Part shown: positions 36,070-44,357 of the stretch, one piece after another
Layout: each line of letters starts with the position of its first letter
How positions within the stretch are numbered: the stretch's first letter is position 1
Source: Octopus bimaculoides
Lineage: Eukaryota
Assembly: GCF_001194135.2 (NCBI RefSeq)
Contig: NC_068986.1
Coordinates: 62,815,327-62,859,683, forward strand
DNA length: 44,357 nucleotides
Direction: 5' to 3'
Translations under genes and position numbers: made by a program
Notes under the pieces: model-generated
What the model was told of the DNA's origin: nothing
The model's input: only the letters and a program-made list of their open reading frames with translations
Database searches by the model: none

Positions 36070-36830
36070 TAGAAGCATAAACCTATCTTTAATAGAGAGA
36101 TCTTCAGCAAAGTTGTATCTTGTTATAACTAGCAAGAAGTGGTTTTGGAAAACCCTCATCTGTATCACCAAGCCTTAAGAGAAAAACAAAATGAAAGTAT
36201 TTTTTTACAAACATCCAGTCATCCTCGATGCATCTACCAATATAACCAGGAGCTTCCTGACCTTCATTAGGCAGCATTTTCTTAGAACCTATAAATATCA
36301 TAAACTTTTTAATTCCATAATGTTAAGATCAGCTATTCATGTTTTGATAGCATCAATTCCAGCATTACACACTATAATAGAAACAAATATCCTTCTACAC
36401 AATTTCCATTCAAGATTCACACTTGTAACTTCCGAAATCATACCAGATGTTCACTGGGAGAATTCTATCTCTCAAAATCTGTGGTCTGTAGAGTCACCCT
36501 CTCACTACACAATAGTATTACAAGACATCATATGAGCATGACAGCCAATAACTTTAGGGGAAGATACTCGCAGCACATGTCCTACTTCTGATGTAGGGAC
36601 AGGGAGAAATCCACCACCTTGTCCTGCTTCAGCTGGAGATTCTAGCATCACAGTAACACCTCAACCAACATCAAATGGAGTATGCTTGACAGGCCACACT
36701 TTATTTACCAATAATTCCCAACTCTACCCCTGAGAAAGACTGCACATAATCCAAGAGCCTGTTGTATCCATTAATAGAAGGATAGATATTTCATATCATT
36801 GTTATAGGCGATACGTGCTTTTGATATATT
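36070..36830 (+). mobile_element. Penelope-like element 3' fragment (linker plus degenerate GIY-YIG), different family from 27680-29570
   Basis: STNITRSFLTFIRQHF..YKYHKLFN, TCNFRNHTRCSLG..LSKSVVCRV, NNFRGRYSQH, NIKWSML. Confidence 0.55.
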
Positions 36831-37358
36831 TCAAATTATTGATACATAATAATCTTGATACATCAACTTAAATTAAGCTAAATTATGCATGCTACTTGTG
36901 CAGAGAATATCACCTTCCATGTCTGCAGTTCTGGGGTTGCTGGCACAACAAATATTGTGCATCAATGATTGAGTGAAATTGACATTGTGCCTGCTTTTTA
37001 ATCCATTATTTGCTCTCACTGAGTTATCACTACACCAACGTGATAAGAACTGACCAGTAGGCTTAAATTATCTCTGTAATAAAGAATCCATTTTGTGTTT
37101 TCTTTACTTTTCTTCCAAATGTCTGAAGTGATGGATATGCTTTCACATCCATAAAACTTTGTAACATGAAAAATGAAATCAAACTATTACTCAGAATTAA
37201 TACACCTCCAACTATACATATTGAGTGCCACTCCTGTTTGTTCACTCACTAGTATATATGTGTGTGTCTATGTGTTTGTGAGTGTGTGTAAAAGAGAGAG
37301 AGAGAGAGCGTGTGTCTGATTATATATATACACACACATGCACATGAGCACATATGCA

Positions 37359-37361
<3 letters not shown>

Positions 37362-37404
<43 letters not shown>

Positions 37405-37899
37405 NNNNNNNNNNNNNNNNNNNNNNNNNNNNNNNNNNNNNNNNNNNNNNNNNNNNNNNNNNNNNNNNNNNNNNNNNNNNNNNNNNNNNNNNNNNNNNNN
37501 NNNNNNNNNNNNNNNNNNNNNNNNNNNNNNNNNNNNNNNNNNNNNNNNNNNNNNNNNNNNNNNNNNNNNNNNNNNNNNNNNNNNNNNNNNNNNNNNNNNN
37601 NNNNNNNNNNNNNNNNNNNNNNNNNNNNNNNNNNNNNNNNNNNNNNNNNNNNNNNNNNNNNNNNNNNNNNNNNNNNNNNNNNNNNNNNNNNNNNNNNNNN
37701 NNNNNNNNNNNNNNNNNNNNNNNNNNNNNNNNNNNNNNNNNNNNNNNNNNNNNNNNNNNNNNNNNNNNNNNNNNNNNNNNNNNNNNNNNNNNNNNNNNNN
37801 NNNNNNNNNNNNNNNNNNNNNNNNNNNNNNNNNNNNNNNNNNNNNNNNNNNNNNNNNNNNNNNNNNNNNNNNNNNNNNNNNNNNNNNNNNNNNNNNNNN

Positions 37900-37932
<33 letters not shown>

Positions 37933-37990
37933 CATAAATACATACATGCATAAATACATACATAAATACATACATACATACAAACATACA
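37362..37990. repeat. (TA)n microsatellite spanning assembly gap (N 37405-37899), with (TACA)n flank
   Basis: Seen directly. Confidence 0.9.
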
Positions 37991-38725
37991 TAATTATTAG
38001 CAACAGAAGCAGTATTGGTACCAAAAGATAATAATGCCAAATACTGCATAGATGCATGGTGCATAAAAGTACAGACATATTGATATATAGCAGACAAGAA
38101 TTATTTGGCAGGGGTGTTGGAACTGTCAGATCCTGTGATTTCAGTGTACTGCGCTTTTTCAGTGGCAGTTGTTTAGTGATTTCACTGATGTGATATGTAG
38201 AGCTACAGTTTCATTTAAGTTACTGATGTTGCAAATCCAGCAGGCTTATTAAAAAATAATTATTAGCAATGGATGCAGTATTAGTACCAAAAGGAAATCC
38301 TTGTATCCAGCTTAACAGTGTTCATCTTGGGAGGTCCTCTCATACAGAGGCATGTTGCATAAAAGAGTAGACATATATGAGAGCAGACAATAGTTTTCTG
38401 GTGTTGGCACTGGAACTGCGATTTCAAGACATCCATATTAAGTTGGATATAAAGATTCCTTTTGGTAAATATACTGCTTCTGTTAATAATTATTTTTCAA
38501 TAAACCTGCTGACTATTTGCAACATCAGTGACAGAAAAGATACTGTTATTTTATATTTCTATGTATCGTGACTATTTGGCTGGTATGCAGACAATGGATG
38601 TCTGCCACTGAAGAAGTGCAGAAATCTCATGATCTTGCAGTTCCAGCACCCCTACCACAAAATTCTTGTATGCTATGATATATGACTGTGCTTTTATGCA
38701 TCATGTATTTATGTGAGAGGACCTC
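37991..38725. repeat. ~266-bp unit in tandem (37991-38256, partial copy 38257-38428) plus an inverted copy (38457-38725)
   Basis: Shared blocks TAATTATTAGCAA..GCAGTATT.GTACCAAAAG, GCATAAAAG, GCAGACAA, GGAACTG, TTCAGTGGCAG, CTGATGTTGCAAAT..CAGCAGG found forward and reverse-complemented. Confidence 0.75.
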
Positions 38726-39119
38726 TGAAGGAAAATATTGCAGTATTCAGAATTCTAACAAGATATTCACATAAAAGTGGGTATAAAGATATATATGAAT
38801 GTATGTATATACGTATATCTATATATATAGAACTGAGGATGAGTGTGTGTGTGTGTCTGTATGTATGTATCACTAAAACTCGAGAACTAGCCAACTAATT
38901 TCATTCAAATTTTACACATGCCTTACTTAGAGTCCATGCAGAGTAATGGGCCAAAATATTTTCAATTTCTTGCCTAAAGCAAGCCCAGAGCAATCTTTTA
39001 TCTCTTACACTATTTCAATAATACGAGTCAAAAGTGAAACAATAACATCTCTATTTTAATGTGAGATAATACTTTCATAGTTTTAATAGTTTCACTATTA
39101 ATACTGAAACTATTATCTC

Positions 39120-39139
39120 ATATATATACATACATATAT

Positions 39140-39192
<53 letters not shown>

Positions 39193-39368
39193 NNNNNNNN
39201 NNNNNNNNNNNNNNNNNNNNNNNNNNNNNNNNNNNNNNNNNNNNNNNNNNNNNNNNNNNNNNNNNNNNNNNNNNNNNNNNNNNNNNNNNNNNNNNNNNNN
39301 NNNNNNNNNNNNNNNNNNNNNNNNNNNNNNNNNNNNNNNNNNNNNNNNNNNNNNNNNNNNNNNNNNNN

Positions 39369-39408
<40 letters not shown>

Positions 39409-39435
39409 CATGCATATATATATGCATGTATATAT
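39120..39435. repeat. (CA)n/(TA)n microsatellite spanning assembly gap (N 39193-39368)
   Basis: Seen directly. Confidence 0.9.
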
Positions 39436-39499
39436 GTGTATGATCCAGCTTCAACTAGATTTAACAGAAATGTAACTTGTTCAGGCTCACATTACCTAA

Positions 39500-39910
39500 T
39501 GGAGAAATCCAGGAAGTCCAAGATTGCTACTGGACAAGTACATAAAGGACCTGATAAAAGTATTCAAAGAATTTGGCCTGTCCATAACAGTTACCATCAA
39601 CTTGACCATGGTTGGTTTCCTAGATGTGAATCTAGAGCTGAAAATGAGCAAGTAATACTCTTGCAAGAAGCCCAATGAGGAAACTATATACATCCACAGA
39701 ATCTCAAATCTCCCACCACCACCACCACCACTGTGATTAGAAACCTTGTCTCAGGTGTTAGTAGAAGAATATCTAAGCTTTCAGTAAGCAGGGTGATCTT
39801 CAACCCCAACTACAATGATGCATTGGTGAGAAGTGAGTTTACAGAGAAGTTTACACATAAAACAGACCAGAATGAGAAAGATAATCTGGTTTAACCCTCC
39901 ACTTCACCCA
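39500..39910 (+). mobile_element. Penelope-like element RT-thumb fragment (same family type as 36070-36830)
   Basis: KDLIKVFKEFGLSITVTINLTMVGFLDVNL, KPNEETIYIHRISNLPP, RRISKLS, RKIIWFNPP. Confidence 0.7.
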
Positions 39911-39915
39911 TATCA

Positions 39916-41310
39916 TGAAAATTGTTCGAAAACAATTGTTTGAAAACAATTATTCAAAAAAGTTATTTGAATTGGCAATTTAGTGAAATAAAATTATTCG
40001 GATTGACGATTGTTTGAAATGTTTGTTGATTTGAACATGTGCTGGTGACATACATTACCAGAAAGTGAAAGACAGAAAATACTTTGCTCGTGCTGATTTA
40101 CCTGGAATTTATATACCCTTTAAAAATGGCTGGATATATTGATAGTGAAAAAGGCAAGCCCGTGCTCAAAATTGAAGGTTTTGTATTTGTAAAAGATAAG
40201 CAAATTGGAACCAAAATATATTGGAAGTGCAATAAGTTTGCATCATATTGTAAATACCATGCAATAACTAACTACAGTGAAGTGGTTAAAGTTTCTCATG
40301 AACATAATCATTCAGGTGATTCTGTAAACATCGAAGTGCGTACTTATATAAACAGAGTAAAACAAGAGGCTAAAGAAACCTGTGATTCCCCGCATTATAT
40401 AGTTTCTACTGCTGGCCTTCAGTTAAGTGGAAACTTAGTGCAATCTTTACCAGCAATAAGCACTATAAAAAGGACTATTCACAGTGTAAGACAAAAGGAG
40501 AGATCTGGCTTGGCTAATCCTATTCATAGAAGAGAAATTATTTTCACTGATGAACAGACAAAAACTAATAAAGGGGAACAATTTTTGTTATATGATTCAG
40601 GCCCTGGCCATGACAGAATGCTCATTTTCACGACTCAGAATAATTTGAGTATACTTGCATCAAGTGAACATTTACAAGTGGATGGAACATTTAAAACTGT
40701 AACTCAACTATTTGAACAATTATATACAGTACATGCTGTTAAGAATAACTTTACCATTCCAATAGTTTATGCCTTACTTCCACATAAGAAGGCTGACACT
40801 TATAGAAAATTGTTTGCAAAAATTAAGTCAATGCTGGTTTACCAAGAACTAACAATGCCCTTGAAGGATGGCATAGAGCTTTTATACAACAAGTGTCATC
40901 CCATCATCACACAATATGGAAATTCGTAGATGCTCTCAGAAGGGAACAGGACTTGCAAGAAATTAATATTGCAAAAATAAGAGCAGGTTGCCAAAATATC
41001 AAGAGTGCTAAAAAATACTGAGACGCAAATGAAAGACTCAAGAAATTAGTGGCATCCTTTAATGATTACCCTTCAGTGGTTGAGTATTTACATGGCGTAG
41101 CATATAACTTAACTTTATAAGTATTGTTTTTTAAATCATTGCAAATTAAGATATATGGTTTTTGATTTTATCATTTTTGTTTAAATAAAATAAAAGATTT
41201 AGAATAATTAACATTTCGTATAACTTTCATTCATACATAATAATTTTCATTCAAATAAATGTTTTTCGAATAATTGTTTTTGAATAATTGTTTTTGAACA
41301 ATTAGTTTCA
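39916..41310 (+). mobile_element. FLYWCH-MULE (Mutator-like) DNA transposon, internal-deletion derivative with TIRs
   Basis: Imperfect ~60-bp TIRs built from AATTGTTCGAAAAC-like repeats; ORF with FLYWCH (FVFVKD..IYWKC..C..HNH), MULE motif VDGTFK..LFEQLYTVH..PIVYALL; C-terminus PRTNNALEGWH..IWKFVDALRREQ in a shifted frame. Confidence 0.85.
40126..41120 (+). pseudogene. MULE transposase with central catalytic region deleted
   Basis: MAGYIDSEKG...KIKSM joins out of frame near 40835 to GLPRTNN...GVAYNLTL*; the expected DFE and C.FH motifs are absent. Confidence 0.8.
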
Positions 41311-41519
41311 ATCAATGTTCACATGAAGTGTCACCTAGAAGTTTCTGCCAATGTAGCCAGGAGTTTCCTGTCATTGATTAAGAAGCATTTCCTCAGGGGA
41401 AACTAACATTGTAGATAAACCACACAGTAAGAGTCTAGCAAATGTGACCACTGAGTTGAATTGTTAGCAAGTGGACAAACTAACTTATATGAAAAATGGA
41501 GTCATAATTTGTAAATTTG

Positions 41520-41790
41520 CTGCACAACTGGACTAGCCATAATGCATTACAGGAGGTGGTGAAAGACTTTGTGTTTCAGAAAGTGTGTGCAAACTGGGCA
41601 CCACAGCAGCTTAAACTTGATTTGGAGGGATGTGAGGAAGTTTACCCTGATCTGTTGGGGAGCATTTGGGGGGTCAATGAAAATGCATTGTTTACTAATA
41701 GGGTAACAAGGATGAAACATGAGCTAATCGATATGATCTTGAAATGAAGTTCAGTTCATGGAACAGCATTTCCTGTCTTAAAGACATAGG
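41520..41790 (+). mobile_element. Short mariner transposase relic
   Basis: FQKVCANWAPQQL and a VT.DET-like motif. Confidence 0.45.
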
Positions 41791-42154
41791 GATTTCAAGA
41801 GCAAGAAAGCCATGTGACTCTTTTGAGAAGAGAAGAGCATAACTCCTTTATTTTCCTGAAATTTTATCCACTAATTCAGTGTTGAGCACTCATTCTCATT
41901 GTTCAACACACACACATACACACACATATAAACTCAGTGGTTAAAAAATAAACATCAGAATTGGGCAAACAACTTTATATCATCCTCATATATTTACACC
42001 ATTGAACATAAATAAATACATATTTAAATACCAGGGCATTCAGCACAAAATCCAAAGGTATAAGAATATACATATATACACATGTAAAAATGTGTGAAAA
42101 CCTGTAAAGAACGATGCGTATGAAGAAAATGAATGAAAAAATTATGAATGTGTA

Positions 42155-43018
42155 TATGGCAAGAAAAGCCCCTTCATGGCAAATACTGGGCTAAACTAAA
42201 TGCAAAAGAAATAGACAGAGAAAAATCCCAGCAATAGTTGAGAAGCTCAGGACTCAAAGCGGAGACTGAAGGATTTTTAATTGCAGCACAAGACCAGAGC
42301 CTCCCCACCAGAAATTACCAAAAACACATAATGAAAAGAAATATAACAAGTAACTGTAGAATATGTGGAGATGAACAAGAAACAATAAATCATATTATCT
42401 CTGGCTGCCCAGTCCTGGCTAAGAAGGAATACATTCACAGACATGACAGAGCTGAGACCTACTTACACTGGAAGCTATGCCAACACTGGAATAACAACAG
42501 AAAAAAGATGGTATAAACACACGCCAGAAAAGGTCACAGAAAACGAGAAAGCAACCATACTCTGGGATATGCCAATACACGCAGATAGAGAAATTAAGGC
42601 AAATAGACCAGATATAGTTGTCAAAGATCATGAAGGAAAAAAATGCTTTCTATTGATGTATCAATACCAGCAGATGACTACATTTCCCTAAAAGAAATGG
42701 AGAAACTTTCAAAATACAAAGACCTGGAAATAGAGGTAACTTGAATGTGGAATCTAAAAACAGAAACAATTCCTATCATAGTAGATGCATTAGGTATGAT
42801 AAAAAAATATTCAGACAAATACATAACAAAAACACCAGGACTTACAAGTATATATAACATACAGAAAATTGCACTACTGGGCACAGCATATGTCCTAGGC
42901 AAAACACTTTCAATACAGTAACCATAAGAGCATCACAGCAAACCACAGCACATACCCAAGGCCCACAGAGCTGCGCTCGGTAGTGAAGTGAAAGCACGCT
43001 ATAAAAATAAAACTACTG
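42155..43018 (+). mobile_element. 5'-truncated RLE-type LINE with intact 3' end
   Basis: WQEKPLHGKY, GLKAETEGFLIAAQDQSL, CRICGDEQETINHIISGC, ANRPDIVVKD, KYKDLEIEV, KIALLGTAYVL; 3'UTR ends on (TAA)n at 43019-43045. Confidence 0.92.
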
Positions 43019-43045
43019 AATAATAATAATAATAATAATGATAAT

Positions 43046-43749
43046 ATATGGCCTGATGCAATACCAGGCTGTGGCTCTCATAGCTTCTGATCTTAACTGT
43101 TTCATCTTCATGTTAAAGATGGGCTACAGCAAATATTCTGCTCAATACCACAGATTTGCTTGTCAGCTGCTTGACCTAAACCAGTTGAGCATGTCCCTTA
43201 GTGGCTGATGATATGTGCATCTCTGATCACAAGCAAGAGTAGTAGGTGAGCATCATAACCATATATTGAAATGCATTCTTTGGGTTTGAATAATTCACCC
43301 CAGTTAACATGGATGTCTTGTTTATCATCCTTAAACAACCCATATTCAGGGACCTTTTGAGTGGGATGGGTTATCTAACCTGTTGAAAATTCTGGGTCCA
43401 ACCTGTAAGGTCATGCACTGTTTATCTTGATATGAAACTATCATGTTGTACACATGCTTGTGATGCATATGCCTGGTGTACTGTTGTGTCGACGCCCCCA
43501 GGCGAAGAAGTAGGATCTCCCAAGACATATAAATAGAGGCAATCTGGCCGTGGTAGTGTTGAGTAGTAGTCGAGTAGCTGTTGAGTAGTAGTTGTGTAGC
43601 GGTTGAGTAGAGATCATCCGAAGATGCTAGATAGCAGTAGCGTTGAGACATAACATGTACCCTTATCAGATGGGTAGTCATGATGGGTATATAGGGTTTC
43701 ATTTTTTGTACCTTGCATCTCTTTGATAATGTGTGCTGCTTTCTCACTC
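43046..43749 (+). mobile_element. Non-coding SINE-like repeat, copy 1 (interrupted by a solo LTR), with (TAA)n on both sides
   Basis: Aligns by eye along ~400 bp with copy 2 at 43762-44181; both end CTGCT.TCTC.CTC followed by (AAT)n. Confidence 0.7.
43482..43655 (+). mobile_element. Solo LTR (174 bp) with 5-bp TSD TGTAC
   Basis: TGTTG...TAACA termini; TGTAC at 43477-43481 and 43656-43660; copy 2 of the host repeat has a single TGTAC (empty site); internal TATAAATA. Confidence 0.9.
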
Positions 43750-43761
43750 AATAATGATAAT

Positions 43762-44181
43762 AATATTCTGCTCAGTACCACAGATTTGCTTGTCAGTTGT
43801 TTGACCTTAATCTTAGTGGCTGATGATTTGTGCATCTCTGATCACAAGCAGAAGTAGCTGGGGAGCATCATAGCCATGTGTTGAGAGGAATTGTTTGGGG
43901 TTTGGATAATTCACCTCTGGAAACATGGGTGTTTTATTCAATATCCTTAAACAACCCCTATTCAAGACCTTTTGAGTGGGATGGGTTACTCAACATGAAG
44001 AAAATTCTAACTGGGCCCCACCTGCAAGATCATGCACTGTTAATTTTGATATGAGATCACCACATGGATGTGATGCACGTGCCTGGTGTACCCTTATCAG
44101 ACAGGTAGTCAAGATGGATATACTGGGCTTCATATATTTTACCCCAGTGTCACATTGATGGCATGCACTGCTCTCTCGCTC
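43762..44181 (+). mobile_element. Non-coding SINE-like repeat, copy 2 (5'-truncated)
   Basis: Direct repeat of 43130-43749 minus the LTR; followed by long (AAT)n. Confidence 0.7.

Positions 44182-44246
<65 letters not shown>
44182..44246. repeat. (AAT)n microsatellite
   Basis: Perfect run. Confidence 0.98.
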
Positions 44247-44248
<2 letters not shown>

Positions 44249-44357
44249 TAGACATTACTTCAGCACCAACAGCAGAAGAACTAGAGAAATTCTGGAAACA
44301 AATATGGTCGGTGAAGCAACAACCCCAAAAAAGGACCATTAAAATAACGAACTTAGC
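44242..44357 (+). mobile_element. 5'-truncated RLE-type LINE start; runs off window edge
   Basis: NKIDITSAPTAEELEKFWKQIWSVKQQPQKR, closely matching NKIDINAVPTAEEVEEFWKEIWSAKEQPQKR in the 576-2700 element. Confidence 0.85.

Noticed and set aside
39930-39975. Short tandem ~14-bp repeats superficially like a CRISPR or iteron array
   Set aside because: No spacers, eukaryotic context; they are the subterminal repeats of the MULE TIR

Overview
AT-rich animal (eukaryotic) genomic DNA, dense in microsatellites, with four N-gaps. The repeat repertoire matches what I recall of Octopus/cephalopod genomes, but the species is inferred, not shown. I could not support any intact host gene. The window is a mosaic of mostly dead transposable elements: about 8 fragments of RLE-endonuclease (R4/Dong-like) LINEs, RTE-clade LINEs carrying an embedded PHD finger, three Penelope-like (PLE) segments (one with a minimal hammerhead-ribozyme fold next to it), a 5'-truncated Gypsy element with its 3' LTR, a solo LTR with TSD, a full-length Chapaev3-type (CMC) DNA transposon with TIRs and TSD, an internally deleted FLYWCH-MULE transposon, mariner and Tigger/pogo relics, and SINEs. 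Most notable patterns: (i) RLE LINE and SINE ends repeatedly sit in (TAA)n tracts, and two LINE 5' truncations share AATAA with the tract; (ii) a three-segment double-inverted RTE copy; (iii) a hammerhead-like RNA motif; (iv) three unexplained long inverted repeats. Coordinates of degraded element ends are approximate, and all translations were done by eye.
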